A stretch of DNA of 64,000 bases from Pecten maximus (Eukaryota). A program made the translations under genes and the position numbers. Where the stretch lies: positions 14,012,001 through 14,076,000 of the forward strand of contig NC_047020.1 of NCBI RefSeq assembly GCF_902652985.1, written 5' to 3'. The notes beneath the pieces are model-generated. The model was not told the DNA's origin and did no database searches. It was given only the letters and a program-made list of their open reading frames with translations. Shown piece after piece: positions 26,306 through 38,842 of this stretch (positions are counted from its first letter, which is position 1; each line of letters starts with the position of its first letter).

Positions 26306-26559
26306 CTAAACGTAAAAAATAAAAAACAAAAATATTCCAAAATAAGTATTCAACATGAAAATATATTATATTGTACACTTGTACACAAATAGCGAAACTT
26401 AAATTGTATTGTGATAGGAATAATATCCAATAATAAAGAAAAAACGTGTTAACAATACCTTCAAAATTTATATACATGTAAATACCGTAAGATCAGTTAA
26501 AATGAATGAACTTATCACCGAAAAAACGGTACAGAATCGATCAAACCAATCATGCGAAA

Positions 26560-27087
26560 AACTAAAAACCGAAAGTCGGTATATATACAGTACATGTATG
26601 TCTGTCAAAACACCGAAAACCAGTATAAGGATATACAATTACCATAACTCTCTGTCACGACACCGAAAAACGGTATAATAACACCGAAAACCGGTAACAC
26701 CGCAAAACGGTATGTATAATACAGTTATCATAACTGTCTGTCATAACACCGAAAACCGGTATATATACAGTTATCATAACTGTCTGCCATAACACCGAAA
26801 ACCGGTATATATACAGTTATCATAACTGTCTGCCATAACACCGAAAACCGGTAGATATACAGTTATCATAACTGTCTGTCATAACACCGAAAACCGGTAT
26901 ATATACAGTTATCATAACTGTCTGTCATAACACCGAAAACCGGTATATATACAGTTATCATAACTGTCTGTCATAACACCGAAAACCGGTATATATATAC
27001 AGTTATCATAACTGTCTGCCATAACACCGAAAAACCGGTATATATACAGTTATCATAACTGTCTATCATAACACCGAACACCGGTAC
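26560..27087. repeat. 46-bp tandem repeat inside PAT copy 1, between pol and YR (ATAACACCGAAAACCGGTATATATACAGTTATCATAACTGTCTGYC)
   Basis: ~8 near-identical units at 26714-27085 plus degenerate units to the left. Confidence 0.95.
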
Positions 27088-27239
27088 TGCGACAATATAA
27101 ACTGCTAATCAAATAAATCTTATAATACGATTCTCACCAAAAATGGTATCATGTCAAAGAAAATACTATGAATCAAAACAAAAAAGCTGTACACAAAATG
27201 TCCATATAAACCTATTTACATATGTGTACGTGCCTGATT

Positions 27240-29518
27240 ATCGAAAATCAACACGTAATGCAAGCATAGGAAATGCCAAATCTACATGTCCGAATATACC
27301 CTTTCCTGATCGGGAAGGGGTATAAAAATATTTCTGTCTGTAAGAATCTGTATTCCCTAATCCCCACTATAAAGCTCCGTCCGTCCGGATACACACAGGG
27401 CCAAAACCTACAAGACTTCCAAAAAGGAATGACAAGCGTGCCATATGCTTTACACATTTGCATATACCGGATAACTCTCGAAATGAGATACACTGGAGGA
27501 ACAAACTATCCATTAAAACCGGACCAACTAGCAGAAAAGGCGTCAATACCAGTGGACCCTGGATTCCAATACCTAGAATAAAATGTAGACACCTTACTGT
27601 TGTACCAGGAGGCAAACCAGTCCACCTCAAATGTACCCCAAAGGTCATCCAAAAACTGGAAAATACTTTTACTCACACCCCAATCGTCAACATCAACAAT
27701 TTTACTGATAAAATCAGCACACACATTTTCCTCTCTGGGGATCCATTCCATTTCCAATGAAATATGATTTTCTAGCATGAGCTTAAAAATATCAAGTGCT
27801 TCATTTTGCAGAGATGATTTCATGCTCCCCTTCTGAACAATTGAAACCACGCCCTGGTTATCTGAAAACCATTTAACCCGAGTTCCTCTCAATTCATTAA
27901 CAAGAGAACATAACACTCGATATACAGCTGTCAATTCCCTAAACGTCGAACTCTGACCTGCCTTGTTCTCAGTCCAAACTCCGTGTGCCACGCCCACTGG
28001 AGACTCCACACAATATCCACCGTACCCTATGCCACTAGCATCCGAATAAACTATTCTATTGCACTGTGGAGAATACTGAATGTCTCTAGAGTTGATACAA
28101 TTGATATGATTAACCCAGAATTACATCTGAGCTACAGCATTTTCATCCACAAAAATTCTGTCATTCCACGACTGGGCTTGTAAGATACACATACTGATAC
28201 ATTTTGTCATCAGCTGAGTAATATTACCCAGTACTATACTCATGGACATAATTTGACCAACAAAACTAGCTAAAGTTTTAACATGGACTGACCTGCCACT
28301 CTGAATAACATTCAACATATCAAAAACGCACACACGTGCTTTCTCTACTCGTCTCTGCGGTATAGATAAAATTCCCACTAAAGTATCGATATCTACACCG
28401 AGAAAAGTCATACACTGGACAGGATCCCACATGGACTTGTCTGCTTTGGGCACAAAACCCGACTCAATAATATCACTTTTCACTTTAGAACTCTGTTCTA
28501 ATAGCTTCAACTTGACAGTATTATGACACAATCCATCATCCAAATACATCAAAATCTGTAAACCCTCACCTCTCCATTTTTAATGAGCGCTCTGGTTACT
28601 TTAGTAAAAATATATGGAGCGGTAGATAGACCAAATGGTAACACTAAAAATTTGAAATATACCTTCTTAGAACCAAATGTCCAAGAAAAACCAAGAAATT
28701 TGGTATGAGGTGGAAATATATCTATGTGATGATACGCCGAATGTATGTCTTTAATTAACCAACCCTGTTTTTCTACAATGTATATACACCAAAGCCGTGC
28801 GTAAATCGTCATATTTTACAGATTGTTTCCATAAATGTTTGTTGACTTCTCTCAAATCTAAAATTAAAATTAAACGCTTTTTACCGCTGCTCTGAACCGA
28901 TACAGTCAATGGATTTGTGATATATGGCAATTCCTCACATCTCCCTATCAATTTACGTTTTTCTAAATCAAAAATAGCCTTCTCCACAAACCCTGCATGT
29001 TTCAACGCCGAAACGTTATTTTTAAATTCTCCCTTGTTTGGTTCCGAATAAAAAGGAATTTTATACCCAGTATCAATCACATCTAAAACAAATTCTGAAC
29101 AACCAATGTTCTTCCAGTATTCAATGTTATTTTTTAATCTACTTTTAACTAAAATGTCAGCCTGTCCTTGCTCATATTCAAAAAAGTCATTCGTTAGATC
29201 TCCTGAATCACGGACTCCTGTACAATCACTACTTGACAAATTATTTGTATACTTATCTTTAATGACTTGACCCTCTGTGGTCTCTATGTCCCTATGTCCC
29301 AGTCCTGGACTGTCCGGCCGACTTGTTGATGATTGGACAGTCTTTCCGAAAGTGTCGGAAGTCCCCACAGGCGTAACATGCTCCCTGATTTCCTCGTTGG
29401 CCACGAAAAAGATTACTCCCGTCAGAATGACGCACAGTAGAAATCTGACTTGAAGACCCCGCCGCAAAACTGGGACCTTGAGGCCCATACCTGGACCTCT
29501 GCCTGTTGAGAAAAACAT
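27240..29518 (-). pseudogene. pol: pol (RT, RNase H, MT-like) of copy 1, with frameshifts and stops
   Basis: ORF pieces 28751-29518, 28549-28812, 28121-28552, 27506-28009, 27248-27493; motifs KRLILDL, LPFGLS, YLDDG, SSTFREL, DWFAS. Confidence 0.9.
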
Positions 29519-30005
29519 CCTTCTTCTTTTTCTGTTTGTCTTTCAACCTTTTCACTGCTTTGTTCTCAGCACGAGAAATTTTCGTGTCGTCATCTGAATC
29601 ACTAGCAAGAGGGTTAGCTATATATTCATTGACTGTCCCCCAACCTGCCTCAGAACTTTCTGCTATTCTGATAAGTTTGTTCCTTTTATTAATCTTTTCC
29701 GACACTCGCCTCAGAATTTCAGAACAATATTCAAACTTGCTATTGTCAACATCCCATAACGCTTGTGTAACTTCCTCCAGAAGGTCCGAATTAAAGGAAT
29801 ACTGTTGCTTATTCCCATCACTTTTCCACGTGATACTTATGTCCTCCTTCAATTTTTTAATGTCTTTAGAAACGTCTCTCCCGTTCTGAATTTCAGCCAA
29901 CCTATTGTCCAAGTATTCCTTAATTTCACCTTTCTGGCTTTGTAGTTGTTGAAATATATCATTTAAGGTAACGCTACTGGCAGAATTCGAACTGCTGCCC
30001 TCCAT
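29292..30005 (-). CDS. gag: gag of copy 1 (CCHC knuckle CYACGDFRHFRKDC)
   Basis: ATG of MEGSS at 30005; homologous to the copy 2 gag (RNK.I.IA.SS..GW.TV..Y..NP.ASDSDD). Confidence 0.85.
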   Translation of the reverse strand: MEGSSSNSASSVTLNDIFQQLQSQKGEIKEYLDNRLAEIQNGRDVSKDIKKLKEDISITWKSDGNKQQYSFNSDLLEEVTQALWDVDNSKFEYCSEILRRVSEKINKRNKLIRIAESSEAGWGTVNEYIANPLASDSDDDTKISRAENKAVKRLKDKQKKKKDVFLNRQRSRYGPQGPSFAAGSSSQISTVRHSDGSNLFRGQRGNQGACYACGDFRHFRKDCPIINKSAGQSRTGT

Positions 30006-30058
30006 TAGTGAACATGTAAAATCGTCTATAAAATTTACGTGTGATCTGGTATACCTGT

Positions 30059-30135
30059 GTCGCCTGAATGACACGTATAGGCTATACCCTACCCAATTTG
30101 CACGTGCAAATACCAGTAACGCCACCTATTGGCAT
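30059..30135 (-). promoter_or_regulatory. Putative promoter in the A repeat of copy 1: CTCF-like motif (30117-30135), E-box GCACGTGC (30100-30107), Inr-like TCATTC block (30059-30074)
   Basis: These blocks are conserved with copy 2 while the flanking bases diverge. Confidence 0.55.
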
Positions 30136-31500
30136 ACCTCATACCGAAGAGAAAATAATTACATCCTAATTCCTACCGTCAACCGGTTGAAATTATATGA
30201 ATAATGTCCTGGTAGTTGAACAGTTGGCTTCAGACTCTGACTACATTGGTGGTGATATGGTCTCTATATTATCAATCGGGTTGTATCGTCTCTAGAAAAA
30301 CATTGGCTTCGGGGCAATCACGGGAGAACCAAAATATAGTTTTCTGTTTAGACTATACTATTTTAGTAACCCTGAAACACTGGAAATCCGTTCCGACGGG
30401 AAGGTCCTCTGGTTGGGCTTCGTGGTGGCTTGGAACAACAATAGTGAATAACACATATGGGTTTAAATAAAAACAATGACGCGGATCATCATGATGAGTC
30501 AAACAAAAAGAAACATACCACAAACTACAAAGACACACACACCGAACATTACACCAAACACAAAACCTACACAACCTGGAAGGTGGCCTTCCCCGATGCT
30601 CCCGAGATGGCAAACTAACCCAGGCAAAAACAACTCATTTGAAGAGCCTCCTGCTGGATTACTACACCCAAACATTCAAAACAAAGCATAACTTCCTCGT
30701 CCAAATAACCTACCAATCAGCCAGCGGCACCATAGAAATCAGCAAATATGACAAACCATTGAAATTCCATGGCAGGTGCCGACCATCACAAACAGACTCG
30801 CCGGTCGACACTTACCGGATTGGTGAGTCTAGCGACCTACAACCGCATCACCTCGGGACCAAAGAATACCAAAATCTAGGTTTCGGATCAATAGGCATTC
30901 CGCCCTAAACAACAAACAAGCAAAGGGTTTGGATGACTCTATCCAGGGTTACAACTGATATGGTATCCTTATGGACATATTAGCACAATGTTGCTGGTAC
31001 CAAACAGTTAACACCATGAACATTCATCGCGAATCAGGATAATAGTCAACAAATTTAAACAAATGAACATAACCGGTATGGTTTCATATCAAACGTTGAT
31101 CAATAACAACTCTCCCCTACGATCTTTTTCTTGAAGAGATTGAGGAAAAACTAGAGGAACATGCACATTAGTATACCACCTATACCATGTGCCAGTATAC
31201 AATGACCGTACAACAGGTCATTCTGCAATGATCGTCATCATGGACATTCTGCATTCACAGATTAAGCTTAATTCGCCCCCGTAAACTGCAGCTGTCTCTG
31301 TTACTCTTCACAGACAGGTAACTAATGCTCTGATTCAATGGCCATAATACTATGTACCTAGGGACCACCTAACACTGATAATAGGGATAGACACATTGAG
31401 GAAGTCACCAACAAACAAAACTTACATCCCTCTACAATCTCTTATCCATATTGCTATACCATCAATCCGTCTACCTTGACAATAGTCGGTGGTGAACATT

Positions 31501-32020
31501 TGTAACACAAAACTTGTGAAGTTCAATTTCATGTTTTGGGGATGTTTATTTCTTCAATAGCTGGTCAGTTCTTTCTTTCTCTTACTTTCCGGCCCTTCCG
31601 TCAGTCTGTGTTCGAGTGTGTCCTTGTGTCTCTGTCTCCCTGACCATACCATATCTCTCCCTTTTATAGCTTAGGGATTGCTTGACTTCTGTATGTATTG
31701 TATTGGATAATTAATTACCCCTGTCACCCTTCCCTACCTGTTAAGCGTATAGGCACACTGATATTGGTACTTACATAATCATACCGCTATTATTCTGGCA
31801 TATTGTGTTCATATTCCGTATCTGTATTTGACATGGTAATTTCTCATACTGACTAAATGACCCTGACCTGGTGCGTGTAGATCTCTATTCCAACCGATTA
31901 TGCCCAGGGATTGTTTCTGTTAAGATTATTACTGAGTGAAAATACTTATTAACTGATTAAACATTGGTACTTATTTTAAAATCCTTGAACGTATTCAATT
32001 CCATAAGTTATTTTGTAACA
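31501..32020 (-). mobile_element. Probable solo LTR (~520 bp)
   Basis: TGT...ACA termini. On the minus strand, TATAAAAG (~31661-31668) precedes AATAAA (~31545-31550). Flanks catt/tatt may be a 4-bp TSD with one mismatch. Confidence 0.55.
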
Positions 32021-32039
32021 TATTTCCTGATATTTCTGG

Positions 32040-33288
32040 TAAACATCGGATAACTATAATATGAACCCCCTCCCTCGAAGAAATATGCGCAAAGCTTACT
32101 GGAAACAGTCATCCGTAGGGTCAGCAGGAAGAGAACATTTTCCGTCCTTTCTACTTGAAAATTAACGACAAAACAGCCACACCCTACATTGCAAATGAAT
32201 TGGCAAAATCGATATCTGAAAACTCATATCACCTCGCCAGGTCCAGACGACATTCCATCTTAATCTGAATATCGACTTTTTGACATCTCACCCATTGAAA
32301 TATTTAGCATACCTCACTGGACAATTGCAACCTCAAAACATTAATCTCTCGTTGCATAATCAAGAAAACTCCTCCGCTCTTCCAGAATAATACAAAGTAG
32401 TTTTTTTGTCTTCTAAAACCCTTACCCACTTCGATGCATATTCCATACTCTACACTGACGGACCGAAGGATGGTGAACGAGTTGGAGCAACCTGCTCCTG
32501 TACAACTTATCAACGTTCTTTTGACTCCCAGACGGTTGTTTCAATCTTTCTACATGGGCGTCTGCGAATGTTTTAGCTCTGACTAAATTGGCAAATGCAT
32601 CAACAGAAAAGCAGTTATATGCTGAGATTTGTATGTCTGTTCTTCAAAATCTGAAATCCTTTTACCTCAAAATCTTATGATCCAAAACAGGATCCACAAA
32701 ATGAAATGTCAACTAACTCTTCTCTGATTTCCGGGGCATGTCGGTATCAGAGGAAATGAGAGTGCCGACACTGCAGCCAAGAATGCTTTTACCAAGCATC
32801 CCACAACAATAACATGTCCACATATATACATCAAATCGTCAATTCAATCTGTGATGCATGACCACAGTCAACAGCGATCGATGGTACCTTGAAACAAACA
32901 ATAACATATTCAAAATCAAGTGAAATATTGGTTTATGCCCTCCACAACGAAAATGTTGCAGGGCGGAAGTGGTCTTCACTCGACTTCGCACTGAACATTC
33001 CTGTCTTACATATAAATTCGCCACCTTTATGTTATGCATGTGACTCCCCATTCACTGTTGGTACACAATAAGAGAACTTAATTCTCTTTTGCGACAACAT
33101 GCAATTTACCATCCGATGTCATGTGTCACACTTTATCTGCACTGCGTGTTCATTCACCACGTGATTTTAACCCTAGAAATTCTAAAATTTCACATACCCC
33201 AGCCGTCTTAAAGTTCCATATATTGGTCGAAAATGACCATGGCCATCGCCGGACATGTAAACAAAATTAATCAGTCGATCAGTCAGTC
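32040..33288 (+). mobile_element. Decayed RNase H-containing LINE (I/Nimb-like), 3' portion
   Basis: LYTDGPKDGERVGA (~32448), PGHVGIRGNESADTAAK (~32731), EVVFTRLRT.H, CYACDSP; tail ends in (cagt)-like repeats. Confidence 0.75.
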
Positions 33289-33716
33289 ATGGATAATAGC
33301 TTCATTCAGTAGGGTTCAAAATCGTCCCCAATAGTGAGGATTGTTTATTAATCTAGCTTTTCGATGAATTTTTTTTCGTTGATTCATTTTTAGCCTTATT
33401 GTGTTATTTATTTATGATTTATCCCTTGGTTGAATAGACACTTTTGTGGGAATGAAAATATTGATAACGTGACTATAGTGTTATCAAAAGCATTAGACTC
33501 ATATTTTGAGGACAAATTAAAACTATTAAATAATGCATTCTTCATTCTATCAAAGTCAGGTTCTTTATATGTTCTATATATTTTTTTACTGTACCTGGCT
33601 TAATCTCAATATTATAACACAAATTTGATACAACAAATTTTGAAATCAGAAGAAAAATACGATATCAAAATATGTATACCGTGGTATGTAGATTTTTAAA
33701 AGGTGCTTTAAAAGAA

Positions 33717-34352
33717 CTATTCTACCATGTTTGCTATGCAACGCCAGTTTTGATTGGTTTAAAACCATGTATTATTTTCCAATAATACACGCTCGTGCCA
33801 ATAATACACGCCCGTGAGTCAAGGCTGTTACAATTTTATATATCTAATATTCACACACTTTATGTAAGGTTACTATAGCCGAGTGGGCTAATGGGTTAGT
33901 CTTTCGTTCAATTTTTATCACGACGCGAGTTCGAATTCTACGAGGCCCCTTCCTTGTTTTTTCTTTTCTTTTTTTTATCCCTTTTTTAATTTTCAAAATC
34001 AATGCCATATGATAGATGCTCTTGATCGTAGTACGGTAGTGTATGTAAAGAAATGTATATTTCATCAACAAATAATGCAATACTCAAGAAATAAATTACA
34101 AGGTTTTCCCGGGGTTTCTTTGCTGTTTTTCTATTAGAAAGAGGTCGATCTCAGAACTAAACAGTACATGGTAGAATAGAAATAATCAACTTTGACTCGT
34201 GTATTGTTGCAGGATATGCAACTCGGACTCGGATATTTTGCAATTTTAATTAATAACTCAGGCCTGCGGCCTTCGTTATTAATTTAATTGCAACATATCC
34301 TCGTCCTCGTTGTATATCCTGCAACAATACACGAATCATCGTTAATTATTTC
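33717..34352. mobile_element. Non-autonomous element: 14-bp inverted repeats (33717-33730/34166-34179), internal tRNA-like A/B boxes, then an ~85-bp-arm hairpin (34178-34352); possibly Crypton-associated
   Basis: ctattctaccatgt / acatggtagaatag; tagccgagtgg and gagttcgaattc; hairpin centred on ggcc-tgc-ggcc. Confidence 0.55.
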
Positions 34353-36664
34353 TTAAATAATCAGTCAAAGAACAGATTTAAAACCAACATTTTTTACACT
34401 ACAATTACCCTTATCGAAGATGTGGACTTACTAACTGGTTTACCCATTTGTAATGCAACGTAAAATTATCTATAAATACACAATGACGAGTCTTCGTCGT
34501 ATTAAGTTGTAGTTTCTTTTGTTAACAGTCCAAAGTGATAAGTGACGCATGAATTTGAATTCTTTTCTTCAAGAGAATAAAAAGCTAACGGTAAATATTA
34601 GACCTGTAGACAGAATTGAAGAACATGATTAAGTATTTTGTTATGATTCAATGTAGTTAATACAAATCAAGTCAGGAGTTTATATTAAAAAAAATACTTT
34701 GTCTGTACTGCTGAAAAGCAAGTCAATGATAGAATATGATAAACCATCGAAAACAAAATCAATTACTTGATATAGTCATTCATATATTTTATTAAGCCAC
34801 GGCAAAAGGCAAAAACATCATACAGTTGATAGATACAGGTACACCATTACCATGGCTACCCAAATTTTACATGTAAAGTTAAATATAAACTTTATGTAGT
34901 TTACAACAATTACGAAACAAGTTATATCAACTTATATTAATCACGCATGTTAAATCACTTAAATCTGCTTAACACAAACACTGTCTTCACAAACAACGGT
35001 AGAAATTTTTTTGTCATAATTATAGTTAATTAATCAGAAAACAATGGGTTTGACCACGTGTAGATAACATTCGATAACCAAGGGTTACACTACGATAAGA
35101 TCTATTTCACTTGAAATGAAGTTTAGCGTACAAGTGTAAACCTTGTAAGCGAAGATGCGTGAATTTGGAATATTGTTATTTTTTGTTTTTTATTGATATT
35201 TATTTTAGATTAAATATAGGATCTAGCTTATGTAGTTTAAATGAATATGTACAGGTTTTGGGAGAAGTAATATTATTCATTCTATATTTTCTGATATTTC
35301 ACAAGTGAAAAATATCACTTTTTTATTTGACAATCAGAACACTCCGGCATGTTATATGACGTCGTAGTGCAAGATAGAATGCATAACGTCACGATTTGGC
35401 GTACATTTGTGAGCCGATGACAGGTGACCGCAATGAATTCTGGGAGAGATTGAGCTGTATATTTTGCTATAAAATGTAATAAACAGAATAACAGTATCTT
35501 CAGTAATACCAAATATATTTCACTCGTGTTTGGTAATGTTATCTCTTTACGTAAAGTAATGTTCCTTTCTGTGATTAACTAACAAACGGCATGTAACGTC
35601 ATGTAATATTATGTAAATCGAAGTGACCATACAGATATCACATAAAATATTGTAAAAACAAAACACATTAAAAATACATTGAAGATTGGTTTAGAATATA
35701 TATAGGTAAACAAATCATCAATACAATCAAGTAAAATATATTGAATAGTGAAATTATTATCAAAACAAATCTGAATACTTATTCTGTCATAATATATGTT
35801 TACATAGTAAATACCGTTGAGTAGGGTGCATTGATAAACACTTTACATGAAAGGCAGGCTGAGACGTACAATCCTTTTATATTAGACAGTGTGTTGTATG
35901 TTAAAAGCATATACTATTATTAAATAGATCCTTCCGGATGTACCGGATTGGTCCAATAAGATTTGTATACCTGTTCGACAAGCCCACTAGCGCACCCATG
36001 TTTTTAGTTTATTACGTAATGTACAAATGTGCCTGTGCCATGCATAGTGCAATCAATAGAGGTGACAAACATGCCAGCTTTACACAATCAAGGTAAATCT
36101 GATGTCCTTTTTTATTTGTTTTAATATCTTCAACTGTACAAAAATAGTACATTTAACGCGTATACCTTATCTTAAATATTCATTTCTGTTTAAAATGTTA
36201 CATGGTCACATTTTTGAAGTACATACGTATCTTTATTGTGACTTGCTAGGTGTTATATTGTGGATGTGTTTACCGTCTGTTGTCTTAACTACTCGACATA
36301 TAGTTATATTATATATTGGGTTATATTACGCTGTACTGTATTATGTTGTGTGGGTATAGATTATAATGTTCTCAGTCATATATAGACAATTTGAGACAGG
36401 ATTTCAGAGATAGATATCGACTGGTAAAATCACAATGTTTTGAGAGATTAGTGAAAACTTGTGAATGTTGTATGATCGAAATGTCATTGGGAATAGCCAT
36501 ATTTCCCTGTGTGAGTACTGATATGATCATGGTCGTTGATGTGCTCGATGGTTCATTGTCACAACTTCCGGTTCTTGTTTTGAGAAAGTCATATTTCCTG
36601 GGTTTCAGCTTAATTTTCATGGCGAGTGCCATCGATGGCACAGAGGACACTTACCCTTATCGGG

Positions 36665-38208
36665 TACCAGTTCGTATTGCCCCTGTACAATTCACCAGTT
36701 CGTATTGCCCCTGTACAATTCACCAGTTCGTATTGCCCCTGTACAATTCACCAGTTCGTATTGCCCCTGTACAATTCACAAGTTCGTATTGCCCCTGTAC
36801 AATTCACCAGTTCGTATTTCCCTGTACAATTCACCAGTTCGTATTTCCCTGTACAATTCACCAGTTCGTATTGCCCCTGTACAATTCACCTATTGGTATA
36901 ACCCCTGTACAATTCACCAGTTCGTATCACCCCTGTACAATTTACCTATTGGTATCACCCCTGTACAATTTACCTATTGGTATCACCCCTGTACAATTCA
37001 CCAGTTCGTATCACCCCTGTACAATTTACCTATTGGTATAACCCCTGTACAATTCACCAGTTCGTATTTCCCCTGTACAATTCACCAGTTCGTATTTCCC
37101 CTGTACAATTTACCAGTTCGTATTTCCCCTGTACAATTTACCAGTTCGTATTTCCCCTGTACAATTCACCAGTTCGTATTTCCCCTGTACAATTTACCAG
37201 TTCGTATTGCCCCTGTACAATTCACCAGTTCGTATTTCCCCTGTACAATTCACCAGTTCGTATTTCCCCTGTACAATTCACCAGTTCGTATTGCCCCTGT
37301 ACAATTCACCAGTTCGTATCACCCCTGTACAATTTACCTATTGGTATCACCCCTGTACAATTTACCAGTTCGTATTTCCCCTGTACAATTTACCAGTTCG
37401 TATTTCCCCTGTACAATTTACCAGTTCGTATTTCCCCTGTACAATTCACCAGTTCGTATTTCCCCTGTACAATTCACCAGTTCGTATTGCCCCTGTACAA
37501 TTCACCAGTTCGTATTTCCCCTGTACAATTCACCAGTTCGTATTTCCCCTGTACAATTCACCAGTTCGTATTGCCCCTGTACAATTCACCAGTTCGTATT
37601 TCCCCTGTACAATTTACCTATTGGTATAACCCCTGTACAATTCACCAGTTCGTATTTCCTCTGTACAATTCACCAGTTCGTATTTCCCCTGTACAATTTA
37701 CCTATTGGTATAACCCCTGTACAATTCACCAGTTCGTATTTCCCCTGTACAATTCACCTGTTCGTATTTTCCCTGTACAATTTACCTATTGGTATAACCC
37801 CTGTACAATTTACCAGTTCGTATTTCCCCTGTACAATTTACCAGTTCGTATTTCCCCTGTACAATTCACCAGTTCGTATTTCCCCTGTAAAATTTACCTA
37901 TTGGTATAACCCCTGTACAATTCACCAGTTCGTATTTCCTCTGTACAATTCACCAGTTCGTATTTCCCCTGTACAATTTACCTATTGGTATAACCCCTGT
38001 ACAATTCACCAGTTCGTATTTCCCCTGTACAATTCACCTGTTCGTATTTCCCCTGTACAATTTACCTATTGGTATAACCCCTGTACAATTTACCAGTTCG
38101 TATTTCCCCTGTACAATTCACCAGTTCGTATTTCCCCTGTACAATTCACCAGTTCGTATTTCCCCTGTACAATTCACCTGTTCGTATCGCCCCTGTACAA
38201 TTCACCTA
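36665..38208. repeat. 28-bp minisatellite, ~55 copies, two interspersed variants (CACCAGTTCGTATTTC / TACCTATTGGTATAAC + CCCTGTACAATT)
   Basis: ccag recurs at 36667, 36695, 36723. Confidence 0.95.
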
Positions 38209-38755
38209 CCATTTATTCATATATTTCTTATCTTTAATCAACTTTGATGTAGAATTTCGTCTTGGTTTTTCATTGGTAAAAATATTATATGACTAAATTC
38301 TAATCAACTGGTATTACTACATTGTAAACAATACATCCTGTATTGTTTTAGGAATGGGAGAATGAAGCATAGTACATGGTTTACAGCATTATAAATACAT
38401 ATGGGTGTTCACTGAACAGCATTTAAATGGCGGCTTTTGAAAACGATTCTTAGTTCATTTCTCTCCGTTTTTGACACAGGGGTAACCCCGAGTCATAGGG
38501 ATTGATATGAAAACCGGAAATGGCAGCGGTAAAAAGACAGGTACTGCCCTCTACCGGGCTCTCTGAACAATATTATAGTACACACTAATTTTGCATCTGC
38601 TGAACGGAAGATGTGAAAGCATTACTTTAGTTAATGCGGTTCCTATAAATTAGTCATAATCATATCAGTATTACATCATTTCCTTCTTATAGTATATTTT
38701 TGTGTGTTTACATGTTTATTTCGAAGCTAAAAGCTAACCTGCTGTAGCCATACTG

Positions 38756-38842
38756 TTCTCCTACAATCTCTGTTCGTGCCTAATGCCAGAAAACACACAA
38801 ACACTTGAATAAATTGCAAACGGGGCGACCGACCCGCGTACT
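38756..38842 (-). repeat. Split direct repeat B2
   Basis: Copy of 39326-39412. Confidence 0.95.

Larger units (their letters stand above)
25589..30198 (-). mobile_element. PAT-like (DIRS order) tyrosine-recombinase retrotransposon, copy 1: decayed, 3'-truncated and rearranged
   Basis: CCHC gag, RT (YLDD), RNase H, MT-like domain and N-terminal YR in the same order as copy 2. The A-repeat terminus gaaattatat is at 30189-30198. Confidence 0.9.

Noticed and set aside
26560-27087. CRISPR-like array (palindromic repeats)
   Set aside because: Units are contiguous with no unique spacers; eukaryotic context; no cas genes
20970-27087. Shared 46-bp period of two arrays implying common origin
   Set aside because: The unit sequences show no convincing similarity on either strand; the equal period is probably coincidence
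33870-33950. tRNA gene
   Set aside because: A and B boxes are present but there is no convincing cloverleaf or acceptor stem; treated as a tRNA-derived part of a repeat
36391-38237. Long plus-strand ORFs (up to 510 aa)
   Set aside because: Artefact of a stop-poor 28-bp repeat. The period is not a multiple of 3 and all three frames give the same peptide.
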